From assembly GCA_965285935.1 (NCBI GenBank), contig OZ260664.1, forward strand, positions 17,360,001-17,424,000: 64,000 nucleotides of DNA, read 5' to 3'. Positions within the stretch are counted from its first letter, which is position 1, and every line of letters starts with the position of its first letter. Both the position numbers and the translations under genes were made by a program. The DNA is from Ophelia neglecta. Lineage: Eukaryota. Below the pieces are notes generated by a model, which saw only the letters and a list, made by a program, of their open reading frames with translations, was not told where the DNA came from and did not search any database. Of this stretch, positions 39,301 through 53,019 are shown piece after piece.

Positions 39301-42300
39301 TGGACAGTGACCTATGTAAGATATTAGGCATATAATTCAATATAATTCCTATAGCATGGATGTTTTCCCCAATAGGGTAGATTACAATGAGTGAGCTTTT
39401 TATGGGCACTTAATCATACCGTCATACCGACGAAGGTGGTACGGAACTATGAAAAGCGAAAAATAGATACGTATAATATAATGACTACAAAAACATAAAT
39501 ATGTATGAATTAAACATATAATATATACATAAAGATATTGTTTCGGAATTTATTGTAACTAGCCATGGTCTCCAGGCCTCCAAATGCCACTCCAAGGGAA
39601 TAAAATATCTGTACGGCTGCTTCATACCACACCTAAACCATACACAAAATACAACGGAATTAAAATGTACAATAATGTAAGTTCCAATATATATTTAAGT
39701 TGGTATGACTCGATCAATTATTGCCCGGCCTGGTTAATAATTTGAAAATAGCTCATATTAGTCACGACTTTAGAGTTGTCGGGTAAATAACCCCTTGCCC
39801 CCACGCCCATGGGCATGGGATTTCGACAACGCCATCGAAATTCAAAAATACCAAGTGGAGTATGGATGAATTGCTCTAGCAGCTGATAGTAACCTACCTT
39901 GGGATTCTTCAACTTCTCATATTCCGGAAATATGTAGAAGACGATGCCATCCCAGGCGCCCTCTAGCGTGGCATTTCGGATGAGTAGTATAAGGAGCACA
40001 ATATGCGGGAACGTCGCTGTCACGTACACCACCTTAAAAGGATTTTAACAACAGTTACCGATAATTTTGGGAATTGAAATTCGATGACAACGTAGGTTTT
40101 AGTTTGGTGAAATGTGGACTTAAATCTGACCAAACTTGCCCTACAATCAAGGGGAGTCCAAACAAATTGTTTTAATACAATTCATTAGATCAAATCGAAC
40201 CTTTCCGGATGACTTGATTCCTTTCACCAGACAAACGAAGACGATAATCCAGGCAAGCAAGAGACACAGACACAAGTCCCATTTGATGTCGCCCGCTCCT
40301 TCATCGATGTTACCGGAAATGTCCAGCACCTCGCGACTATTCGAAGAGAAACAAAACGGATGATAAGTAGTGGTGTATCGAGGTCTGGGAGGGAGGGGGG
40401 GGGGGGGGAGCTCCATTATATTGGTATACAGAGACATGCCGCTTCCATGGGTGTCTTTTTCAAGGCTGACCTACATTGGGTCCATTTTCGGTTCACCCTT
40501 ACATATAGGCTGGTTTTCCAGAATCGGGGTTTACATGAATGGGTTCATTTTTGGGCAAACCTTAGGTGGAATGGTATGCTTTAAGGGATATTATATATTT
40601 GATAAAATGTGTTTCTTAACTACTAGGAGGCTATTGTGTTTGCATTTAAGGTATATATTTGTTGGCTGCTATTTAACTTTTTGCTTAGTAAGGGTTATAA
40701 TCGAAAACTAGGGCAAGAGATTAAGTCGTAATAGTGCTTTTCGCTGTTGACACTGATAAACACATGTCATACAACTATTTTATAACTATACATAGTAATA
40801 TGGGGCCGGCAGGAAAATTTGACACCTTTTGATTTTACCATAAATTTGGCACACTTATGTTGGCAGATTACAAACATGCTAGGCATGTTGCGTCGTATCA
40901 GTGTACATAAATTATAATACTCTTTAGTGGAATTTGAAAATGTCGGGGCTTTTCATCCAAAGCCTCATATTAGCCATCTTAGTTTGACCGCGAAATTAAG
41001 AGATGTCCAGTTGTAATAAACTAATTGTTTATCTGGCAGGTGACAGCGAGATATATTAGTGCGGAACATTGTTCATCTCCTTTTAAATATGGCCGTTTCC
41101 GGTTCCCGAAGAAGAGGATCATGGGAGTGCAAAAGGCAGCGAGTTAATTCGTATAGTTGTTTAAACAGTTAGGCTTATCATTTTCATCATGTCCAAAAGT
41201 AGTTCTTACTTCCAATAAATTTCACTCGGACTCTTAGGGGAGGTCGTACAATTCTGCGTTAGGGCCGATTTTCCATACATGGTTTCAATTTCGTTGCAAA
41301 ATGCCTCTGTTAGTGGAACAGCAATATAAATATATATATATACAAATTTCAGCTATGTAAATATTCAGAGGACATCTATGAACGGCTAATTGGTCTAATA
41401 ATTAAATCCTCGAGAAGTTCGGCCTTTTGATAAATTGACAGTCATAAAGCGGTTAAGAGAGAGACGTTTGTGTAAGCTATCGCACAATAAGTGGGCTACA
41501 GCGCGCAGGAAGTAGGCTGACACCGCACAGGAAGTGGGCAACAGCGCACAGGAAGTAGACTGACACCGCACAGGAAGTGGGCAACAGCGGGCAGGAAGTA
41601 GACTGACACCGCACAGGAAGTGGGCAACAGCGCGCAGGAAGTAGACTGACACCGCACAGGAAGTGGGCAACAGCGCGCAGGAAGTGGGCAACAGCGCGCA
41701 GGAAGTAGGCTGACACCGTACAGGAAGTGGGCAACAGCGCGCAGGATATGGGCAACAGCGCGCAGGAAGTAGTCTGACACCGCACAGGAAGTGGGCAACA
41801 GCGCGAAGGAAGTAGACTGACACTGCACGGGAAGTGGGCAACAGCGCGCAGGAAGTGGGCAACAGCGCGCAGGAAGTGGGCAACAGCGCGCAGGAAGGAG
41901 GCTGACACCGCACAGGAAGTGGGCAACAGCGCGCAAGAAGGAGGCTGACACCGCACAGGAAGTGGGCAACAGCGCGCAGGAAGTGGGCAACAGCGCGCAG
42001 GAAGTAGGCAACAGCGCGTAGGAAGTAGGCTGACACCGCACAGGAAGTGGGCAACAGCGCGTAGGAAGTGGGCAACAGCGCGCAGGAAGTAGGCTGACAC
42101 CGCACAGGAAGTGGGCAACAGCGCGCAGGAAGTAGACTGACACCGCACAGGAAGTGGGCAACAGCGCGCAGGAAGTGGGCAACAACGCGCAGGAAGCGGC
42201 AACAGCGCGCAGGAAATGGGCAACAGCGCGCAGGAAGTAGTCTGACACCGCACAGGAAGTGGGCAACAGCGCGAAGTAGGAAGTAGACTGACAATGCACG

Positions 42301-45300
42301 GGAAGTGGGCAACAGCGCGCAGGAAGTGGGCAACAGCGCGCAGGAAGTGGGCAACAGCGCGCAGGAAGGAGGCTGACACCGCACAGGAAGTGGGCAACAG
42401 CGCGCAAGAAGGAGGCTGACACCGCACAGGAAGTGGGCAACAGCGCGCAGGAAGTGGGCAACAGCGCGCAGGAAGTAGGCAACAGCGCGTAGGAAGTAGG
42501 CTGACACCGCACAGGAAGTGGGCAACAGCGCGTAGGAAGTGGGCAACAGCGCGCAGGAAGTAGGCTGACACCGCACAGGAAGTGGGCAACAGCGCGCAGG
42601 AAGTAGACTGACACCGCACAGGAAGTGGGCAACAGCGCGCAGGAAGTGGGCAACAACGCGCAGGAAGCGGCAACAGCGCGCAGATAGTGGGCAACAGCGC
42701 GCAGGAAGTAGGCTAACACCGCTCACAGAATAGAATCAATTAACGCAACGTTTAATACGTTAAGTAAGTAGTATCTTTCGGCTTTTTTTGTATGAGAAGT
42801 AATGCTTTTTACTGGGCGAATTTACACCGAGACAAATGGCTCTATCTGACAGTTGCTTATAGTGAAAAATAGTAAGCCTGTTCTAAGTCTATCTTTCTAT
42901 CGTGATTCTTGCAGTTAAAAGGTTGTGATTTATCGTAATCCAAGTCTTTCCACCCCACGTCTTTTTTAACTCCAATAAAGAATGAAATAATTTTGACGCA
43001 GTCTCGTCCCGCGACGTATTTTTCAATCTACTATACAGTCTCGTTGTATTTGAATAAAACTGTTGTTGAAGTGTAAATCTAAACAAGCTGTCAAAACCCA
43101 GGTACGCGTGACGCCTCTCCGCTGTTAGCTACTAATAACTTTATATTTTTACACCAGCGTGGTGTCGTTTAAAGTACCCATGGTTAAAAGCATCGTTTCA
43201 CATACGAAATTAAGTTTCCTTACACCGTACCGTACCACAAGCATGGAATAACACCATTTTAAGAGAATACGCGAATTTATTATAGAAGTCTCATATATAT
43301 TTCCCTTCGCAGCAGAGTGCACAGCTCCGTTCTTTTCGCCTGAAAGGTGATGCGGAGAAGCTATGCGACAAGCATTGGCCTCTGCTGCGAAGGGTATATA
43401 TATATATACTTTAGTTATGTTCTAATAAATGAAAAATGGCATACTTAGAGCTATCGAGTAGTTTATGTATCTATCATCCATGTCGACGCAGTGATAGTTT
43501 TCTATCCACGACTGTTTACATTTCTGCCAGGGCAACTCGCTGGTAAAAGAGGCGAACACGTAGTAGAGCGTATAGGCGATAATCACATTGTAGTAGACAC
43601 ACACCAAACCGGAGATTACCACCATGGCCCAACCAATTCCTGAAATTAAAAGAAAAACAGGGCTTAAAAATCGAAAGAAACGATACTTAATGTACATGAA
43701 ATGAGTTTTCGATTTATCTTTGGTTGGCCCGATAATGTATGCGGTTAGATGCTGTGACACTTTTAGCAGTTCACACTTTGATACCTTCGTTTAGACACCT
43801 GACGATATGTGGTCTAAGTGAGGTGTCTAAGGTGGGTTAAATCCAAAAATTAATTAGTTTGTCACTAAAACGTTAGTATTTAACCAATGGACAGTTTTGT
43901 GTAACTCAAGATTAAGTGTGTTGACCATAGAAACAATATTGGAGACTTGACCCAGATTAAGGTAATTCTATAGACTTTCCTACACGCTTTCTTTAGATAA
44001 ATCAAGTGTTCACATCTTGAGGAATGTTTCTTACCTTTGAACATTGGAACTGCCCTCCACACGGAGATGGGTCCGAGGGACGAGAACTGGCCAACCGCCA
44101 TCTCCAGGAAAAACAGGGGAATACCGGCGGTCAGCAACATCACCAAATAGGGGATAAGGAAACAGGCTGCCATGGCAAACACATTTTATGGAATAATTAT
44201 ATACTAACAGTCTACTATAGGTATAAGATGAATTACATTTTTGTGTGTGTCGGCAGTTGCTCTACCAATAAATCTTTATTACTTAATAACTCGAGGTTAC
44301 TTAGTTATGCCAGTTACTTCAAACGGAAAATTAGCTAGAGCAACAACAAGTCTATCATGCATTTGGGTAAGATGAATACAAAATAGATTATAATATAAAG
44401 AATCTAAACGACGATGACTAGCCATGTAATGCCATTGGTTTTTTATTTACTAAATTAAAAGCTTTTTTACTATTTTTTTTTGTATAATGAGCCTAGAATA
44501 AGGCAATCTAATTGTATTTCTGAAATATACCTCCTCCGTTTGCGTAGGCTATGTATGGAAATCGCCAGACATTTCCGAATCCCACGGAGAACCCGATAGC
44601 AGAGAGAATGAAGTCCAACTTGCAAGTCCAATTACCCCGCTCGACATTTTCATCCTTCAAGAGAATTACAGTAAATAAATAAGACTAGATTAGGTACTTC
44701 AAACTAAACTAAAATGTGTACGGTCTGACACTGGCCGCAGAGATTCTAACTCCCACGGTCCGTGACCGGAAGTGAAGGGAAACATGGCTGATTTTCAAGT
44801 ATTGCAAAAATAACCGACGAATATGGATTGAATTGGTTGTGATGATAACGTGACCTCTCTCATGGGATATAATCATAAGCAATTGCGGTATGAAGAACCA
44901 ACACCTCTCTTTATTCTAGCTTAATATGAACCTATGCAATGTACATTTGACAACTAAAACCTTGTCGAACCGCGAAATTGATCTCAATTAAGTATGTCCG
45001 TGAATGGTTCCATAGTTCCGGTACTCGTCACATGTTTGTACCAAAAATGTTTGTTGGACTCAGTTTCTTTGTAGCCGTCATGACCAAATAGTCTAGTATA
45101 TCATTTATGACCTCCTAGCTCGATTATATGACACCGGTCGGATGTTTCCGCCATTAGATTTGGCTCATATTATACGCACGCTAGAGGGGGTTATATTATT
45201 CGGGGTATATAGTCTTAAAATCCCTTATGAGAACATTGTCACGTGATTAAGCCGCCTCCAGGTGGCTCATCCCGATTTAATTTTCATGGTCCAATGAGGA

Positions 45301-45985
45301 CATGGACATCATATTGACATTTACGAACACGTGTTTATGAAGGGGTGTCACAATATATACGTTGGACCCGCCCATATAACCCCTTAAAACGCCTCCTATT
45401 TCAATCTGCTGCCCTCTACCACACTCTAACCCTTTTCTGTCTCTCTATACTGCTAAACTGAAGGCAGAAATCATGCTTTAGGAGATATGATCTTCAAAAT
45501 GAAGCCAAAGGTCAAATTTTGTGCAAAGTGTGTAAAATTTATTTCCTATAAGCTCCCAGTTGTTTCTACTTTTATAAATAAGACATATGGAATGATTTGA
45601 TAAGGCAGTGAGGTAATAAACATACATAATGTTTTCCAAATCTTTAAAATCGGAATGCTTAGCGCTCGATCTATACGGCACTCGTTTTAACTTATAACAC
45701 TACCCGCCTAGGCTGCATCCAGCGTATGGAGAAACGAAAAGTTTCACATTTTAAATCAGCGCATAATATATAATCTCCTCAAAGATCACAACATGCAACA
45801 AACCACGGCAATATGGGCATAAATTAATGTTTAACTAGTAAAAACTAATCGTTTGCTTTGTGGCTTCATTCAGAGCTCAGTAATTTAGTTTTTTCAGTTT
45901 TACAGCATGTGCTTTGCGACAAAGACATGTTCTCCAGTAATTACCCCAGGGTACTAGTAAATCTCACCAGGTTATTAGCTGTCAT
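33314..45985 (-). CDS. SLC6 amino-acid transporter, copy B, complete (16 coding exons, 1896 nt, 631 aa)
   Basis: Exons 45968-45985, 44531-44654, 44035-44166, 43445-43639, 41210-41306, 40201-40336, 39898-40032, 39529-39632, 38720-38844, 38314-38426, 36676-36813, 36389-36488, 35705-35832, 34082-34246, 33772-33839, 33314-33431 (TAA at 33316-33314). The first 14 exon lengths equal those of copy A. AATAAA on the - strand at 33023-33028. Confidence 0.93.
34578..34879 (-). mobile_element. tRNA-derived SINE (duplicate of 591-889)
   Basis: Same boxes and tail; TSD at 34562-34577 and 34880-34895. Confidence 0.85.
41490..42724. repeat. Same minisatellite in intron 4 of B, about twice as long, with a 471-bp higher-order duplication
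   Basis: The diagnostic variant aacaacgcgcaggaagcggc occurs at 42181 and 42652. Confidence 0.95.
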
Positions 45986-46788
45986 ATGGGCTGATTCAAA
46001 CCTGCAATAATACATACAATGGATGAAACGCTCACATTTTTGTCTTTTTCAACTTGCGCTGAATGCAACCATCAAAACAGGATATGAAAGGAAAGATTAA
46101 ATCATGACCAGAATACGTTATATTCAACAGAATGTTATTAAAAACTTCATGATTCGTTGAACACAAATATACAAAGTTCAACAAATCCTAACTTAAGAGG
46201 ATGTATTTTCAAAAAATGTAAGCAATAGAAAATCTTCTTTCCCACCACCTGACTGCCCTAGTTACCTCATATGGAGTGCACCTAAATTTGTCGAACTACT
46301 ATACTTCCTCATCGCCAACATTTTTGTCCAGGTTGGTAGTGAGGTATTTCCCCAGACCATTGGTACTCCAATGGGGACCAACTGCGCCCCTTTGGTGGCT
46401 GATTTGATCTATTCACTTATGATTACAATACAGTGAAACCTGTCTTAAAGACCACCTCTGTAATGAGACCACCTCCCGAATCATACCACCAATATGAGGA
46501 CCATGATGTATCCTTTCAATTTTAAATAACCTGTCTAGACAGACCACCTCCATAATCAGACCAGTATTTCGAGTCTCTTGGGTGGTCTTAATCCACAAGT
46601 TTCACTGTAGTATGATCGACTGCTTTACTGAAGGTCGGGAAATTGCACATAGCAAGGATATTTTCTTCGTCATTTAGATATATATAGATGATTTATTTCG
46701 TTTAATAACATTTGCCTCACACACATTGTTCGCGGAATTTATCCTTCCCTTGTTTTAGGATACACCATACCAGTGACAGCCCCATTGG

Positions 46789-47160
46789 CCCGGGGCTCTG
46801 TATACTGAGGTTATTACATATGTGCCGCCGATTCGACCCCTCTTTTACGACCTATGTAGAATTTTGACCCCCTGTTTTTTTTACATACATGTAGAATATC
46901 GACCCCTGTTTTAGCATACGTACGAGTTTTGACATTATAATATAAAGCACGTAAAGCCCATAATACTAGGCGCAAAGCGAGTTTTGACTCGGGACTTTTG
47001 ACAATTTAATAAAGGCAATAACCTTAATTAACTATATCTGGCTGAACTGAAGAATATCGACCCCTGTTTTCAGCAATTTTGTAGAGCTGCACCTTTTATT
47101 TGAAGACTGAATGGGATATATGTACCAATTTCCAGACTGAGTGCCCCCCCCCCCCCCGGG
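46789..47160. mobile_element. hAT-like MITE (A copy at 12841-13200)
   Basis: CCCGGG termini, 8-bp TSD cccattgg (46781-46788 and 47161-47168), internal gacccct repeats. Confidence 0.7.
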
Positions 47161-48265
47161 CCCATTGGCCGTTCATATTTATATACATTCTTCTTTAAAG
47201 ACCAAAACAGCCTTTTAAATCACGTCTTTATGTATATATATGTATAAACGGTGCCATATGTACAAAAGTATGCTTTAATTTGAATCCCTTTAGTTGTATA
47301 GCAAGGACCATGCGCGTCATATAAACGTATAAACCTGCCGGGACGTTAAACCGAACAAGTTTTAGATTTTTTATCACGGTAATAGAGAGTTTAAGATGTC
47401 CGTGATATTTCCGTCCGCGACCGTGGGGTCCAGGCAACCGGGAAATAAAGTCTACATAAAGCAAACCGTAGGACTTAGAGCACCTCAGAGATGTCACTTT
47501 TCCTAAATAGGATGGAATCGCGGGCGGGTAGCAATTTAATCCTGACGTGTAGGATAATACGAGTGGCGCTTAGGTCCGTATGTAAACGCCATTACGACGC
47601 CACATAGTACCGACGGACTGCTTAGTGACACAAGCCGTATGTAGAATTTTAGTGTACAAACTTTACTGCAGTTAAAATAAGCTAATTGTGGAAAAATTAT
47701 CTTATGCAACCCAAACTACCAACTTTAGATAATCAATTTAGTACTTATGGTCATGATAGGAACAGGATTTGGAAATAAAGCACAGATTACTAGTATAAAA
47801 CTAGCTGATAGAATGACGCAATATTGAGAATTATTGCCTAGAATAGGGAAAAAGCACACACTGTCATTATTGACAAATTATAGTCTAAGATATCACCCAA
47901 TATCGGTAGCTCAATATTGGTCACTGTTGTCTTTGAAGCAGACGTATTTCCACAAACACATCAATATTTGTTTCCATATATCGCAAAATTTTATGATATT
48001 GTAATAATCAGGGGAAAAATAAAACTGAAATCAGGGGAAAAATAGAAATGAAGTATTGTCATATATCGAACAATATCGTACAATATTGGCCATGATCGGC
48101 TGACAAATAGATAAAATGCAAAATATGGTCTATCATGGCAAAGTGGTGCACAATATTGTGAGTTATCGGTTGAAATTTATAATAAATTATAAATTGACAT
48201 AGTTGTAAAGTCATCGTAATCCCTAGGGACTGGTTTCTGTTAGAGGTTGGTGTTGTTTCTAAGGA

Positions 48266-48449
48266 TGTTGTTGTTTGGTTTTTTCTACGTGGCTTTCAAC
48301 ACTTATCGGTCATATCGCCACAGTGCCTACTTGTGACAGTGGGCTCAATGCTCTCTTTAGAGTGCTGCCTCACTGGAGTACCTGCCGTAGACAGGGAAAT
48401 ACCGGACGCCTGGCAGGGAGCTATCAGTACCTATTTTTACGTCTTAGGT
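48266..48449 (-). mobile_element. 5'-truncated SINE (duplicate of 14305-14495)
   Basis: Perfect TSD tgttgtttctaagga at 48251-48265 and 48450-48464. Confidence 0.8.
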
Positions 48450-51400
48450 TGTTGTTTCTAAGGACATTTTTACATGGGTGTCGAGTTTGTTTTAGTTACC
48501 AATGACCATGACAATGCCAATGACAATGATTTATTGGTCTAGCGGTACAATCAAGTACAGAACCTGTTCTACAAGGTGTAAGAACCAAATAATATAATTG
48601 TTAACATACATTTGAACTATATTAAGGCAGACCGTTGCTTCCTCCTGTTAGACATGCATAAAAGGGTCAAGCATTACGTTACAGTGACGCTAATTGACTT
48701 TTGCCGTGTAGCCTGAGGAACATTTTACCATAATCGTAAGGGACTGAAGGTTTTGTAATGTAAAGGTTTTGCTTGTCACACTTTTTATTGATTTATGTTC
48801 GTCATATAAAAATCACAGTATAGTTAAAAGTATCGTACAAAAGGTAAATGGCACATGGACAAGCAAAACGGCGGTATACAAACGACACAAAAGAAGGAAC
48901 CTCGAGTTAAACACCCACATCACATGACAGGATAAAACCTTAAGTCTTGTCAAGTCTTATTTCAGAGGTGGTACTTCAAAGTATAGACTAACGCGGAATG
49001 CTGCCCACTTAGAAATACCCAAATTCATCACGGATATCGGAAAATGAAAATATAAACATTTCTTCTAGTAATATAAGATTTCTGATGCACAGTTTCAGAC
49101 CATTTGGTCTGAATAATAAAGCTTCAAAGATATTTTAAATCCGTTTATATCAGAACAAGATTTAACCCTGACCGATAGGTCATTCCAGAGCTTGGCACTA
49201 GTAAATACGAAACTAGAGTTACCACAGTTATCAATTCTGGACAAAATTACAGTATGAGAACTGCTCCTCGTGGATTAATTGTGAGAAATTTACTGTGTGT
49301 ACAGATACACGTTGGGGCTCACCCATTCAAACATTTATATATAATACACACAATATTATAATTATGTGTGTAGCAATAAAAGCTTCATGTAACTATAACG
49401 CTCGCTATAGCGTGTCTTCTTGCCTAACACCCATATATCGACAATGCTACCTTCTCATAGTGTATGTATCTCTACAATATATTAACATTACATAGCGTGA
49501 CAACAGCTAGTGTCTACATTTTACTTCTATCACTTGGACAAAAAATCATCAAGTTGTTTTACATTATGTGACAAAAACACATGCAAAACTTACGGAGGAA
49601 GGCATTCTTTTCCACTAAACCAATGTGATGAATTATGTCACTCTCGACAAGGCATATGCCAGTTTGAAGAGCATTTGGTAAACTCATTATAATTAAAGAA
49701 AAAAAGAAGAATTAATGTAACATTCCTCAGCTTGAAACATGCTGGCTAGGGCCTAGTGTGCAGTGGTGCATGTGTCAACTGTCAACAGTTTAAATGGCAG
49801 TTCATTTGGAGGAAGTTTTATGGGTGTTCCGAAGGTTTTCTTGAGAGGAAGGCGGCACCGATGCATGCCACACCCTCGAGAAAATCTCTAGACCAGCTTG
49901 TTGAAGGAATGAACCCCTGCCCCCCCCCCCCCCCCCCCTCCCCCGGCGAGCTTATTCACACCACGGATAGAGGTGAACTAATTAACCTTGCATGCGATTA
50001 AATTCCTAATTAAACCCGACAGACAATTGGCGAAAATCTCGAGATTTATCAATCACGTACCCATATAACACTAAGAGACTTCTCTTTAGGCCCGAAAAAA
50101 TGCTATAAAATGAACTGTTTTATTACAATTGATGTTTCGGTCTAAATATGTGATGCATGTAGCATTGTAAGAGCTTAGAGCATACCTTGTAGATATTTAT
50201 TTACCCTATCCCAGTCGCGGATCAAGGATTTCAGGGAGGGGGGGGGGGGCAAATTACCAAGGCTGACAAGGCAAATGTCTGGATTGTCCCCGTTACCAAC
50301 CCTCTGAAACCACCTTGCGAAGGTCCAGAAATATGCCCTTGGACAGGCCCACTTTTTGGTAAAAGGGGGATGGGCCCTTGACCCCCCCCCCCCCCTGAAT
50401 CCGCCTTTGTCGGCGAGACCTATAAGGGCCTGCTATAACCTCGGTTTCAATAACAAGCTCTGCGCTAACGTTACAAAATTAACCAGCTTATTTAATATTG
50501 GAATAACACAGCTTTGTATACTGAGCTCGTCAAGAATGAATTCCAAGTGATTGAAGGCATCTCAGTTAAAATTAATTTGAATAGCCTATGGTACAAATTT
50601 GGAGCATGGGCAAATTTTAACCCATTTGAAATATCGAAGAGGAAATGAAGAATGAAATTATTCAAATCTTGACGCCTGCTCAACCTATTAGCCGATAATA
50701 GGGTATAGATAAACTGAAGTTTTTGTATGTCCCCTTTCCCAGTGTATAGAAGTGTATATAGGCAAATCCCGAATCACGGACATTTGAATGAATGTTTTAT
50801 ACCACAAGGTATAAGGTAATTTCCGCATCGCGATAAACTGAAATAATGAACCCCTATTCACGGGAATTTAAACATTACATTCCCAAGTGACAGCAAAATT
50901 AATTCTTAGGCGCGAATCACGAGAAAATTCCACACCCCGATTCACGAAAGGAAATTCCAAGACAGCAGTCTCATGGCTACACAGTAGGGCTGAATCCGCT
51001 GGAAAACTGCATGTTTTCTAAGGTGGACTGTTAGAAGTAGTCCGGCTTTAACGCAAAGACGTTATTGATCAACTTTGAGCCAAGGCTTGAAGACTGCTCA
51101 GTGAGATGCCACGAGGAAGAATGAGCTGCTACCAAGGACAGAGTATGTAAAAACGCCGCAAAGGAATGGTCCCCACTGGTCACGTGATCACAAGCCATTT
51201 AAAGTACAGTCGAACCTGCCTTAAAGACCACCTCTGTAATCAGACCACCTCCCAAATCATACCACCAATATGAGGACTTTGATGTATCCTTTCAATGTTA
51301 AATAACTTGTCTAGACAGACCACCTCCATAATCAGACCAGCATTTCTAGTCCCTTGGGTGGTCTTAATTCAAAGGTTTTACTGTACTCTTCAGTCATAAC

Positions 51401-53019
51401 TCGTCAGTAATGGTGGATACACGTTTCTTCCCAGGTGCCTACGCCCGAATAGAGATACATGTGACCTAATCACACATAGTTGTTGCTGCATCTATCAATT
51501 ATTTATGTATAAATGTACATGTATAAAGAAACTTTCATATTTACGTAAATAAATAGTTTCAAAACAGACCTACCCCGGCGGTTGAGCCCATTTTGGATGG
51601 CCTGTCCCGGTAAAGTCACTAAATATAAAAAGACAAATTGTAAAGACAGGCACTACTGGTGACGACTCTTCTACTGCATGTTGCACATTCCCGTCTGACT
51701 GCTCCACGGTTGTAACAGGGCATATCACGTGATGTGTAGACTTGTGGATACAGTTCGCGGGTTATTGGGGGTAAATGAACAAAAATCGGAGGAGTGCTTG
51801 AATATGGAACGTGGAAAGCCGAGCTGCCAATTCGCGTTATGATTGTCAGATTTCATGCTCGAATCATGTGTGTCTCATACATAAACTTATACTTACATTT
51901 GCTTTCAAACTATACGAGAAGATCATTTTAAAATACTGCGATGAAGATAGTATTCGCATTGTATTAAGTTAATTAACCTTTTAAGTGCATTTGTGACTTT
52001 TATAGAAGTACATGGAAACAATCTGATAATGTTAAACCCATAGTCTATGCCCCCCATTCTCAACGTCTGTGGAATTGGATATTGCGATAAAACTTACCCA
52101 AAATAGGTGTTGATTTTTACAGCAGAAACTCGTCACATAAAGAATTTAGCAACTGAAAAAACCTGTTTGGAGACAAATTTCACAAATCAATATGCAGCTG
52201 ACATCACTTCCTGTGGGCTTGGCCAATCAAAGTACAAAGTAGGCATTGACATTAAACTGGGCCAGCCTGTGCAGCCCATGTCAATCTTATAGGAAGTGAC
52301 GTCAGCTGCACATTGATTGGTGTTTTCTGCATTTCGGCCTTTAAACAGTTTTTTTTTCAGTTGCTAAATTCTTCATGTGGCGAGTATTTGTTGTAATCTA
52401 AGATATTAAAAAAGAGCTACGTTTTGCCTTCTTGTTTCTGCTAAATTAGAGGTGTTGTTCCGTCCCACATTCTCGTGGATTGTGCAAAAAATAAAGGGTG
52501 AAATTCAACCCTAACTTCTTGAAATCTCAGAAGGAGCGAAGGTACCTATTGCCTTACAGCGAGGAGGAACCAGAATTTTCCGCACCGATTATAGTCAATA
52601 GCCATAGGAAGGGACAGCTTTTTTAGGTTCCTGCTTAAGGTATCATCGAGTAGTAATAATGACAGCCCTTCAGAACAGAAAAAAAAGGACTGCTACCCGC
52701 CCGAAAGCAGAATAGACTTTCTAAAAGGTGCTTGGTAATAGACTGTTCACAACAGAATTCACATCAATGCAGCTGCTTTACAATTAGTGTACGTACATAC
52801 ATAAATTATCTTTAACTTGTATCACATGGCTTTAGTCATGTAGGTTTGAAAACAACACAAACCCAGTTTATCAACACTTAAAGAGGCGTTCTCTTTATTC
52901 TCGTAGATCAACATGAACAAGCACTCTTTTTTTATGCGTTTGGATCCGATTTTGAATTCACCTAGTCATGCTCTTAGGTAAATGTATATAAATATTTTCT
53001 TTGTTGACAACCATGTGTT

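Noticed and set aside
41395-42726. Long Cys/Arg/Ala-rich ORFs (405-443 aa; 198-233 aa at 7644-8352)
   Set aside because: All three - strand frames are open only because the minisatellite units lack stop codons. They lie inside an SLC6 intron and have no credible ATG start.
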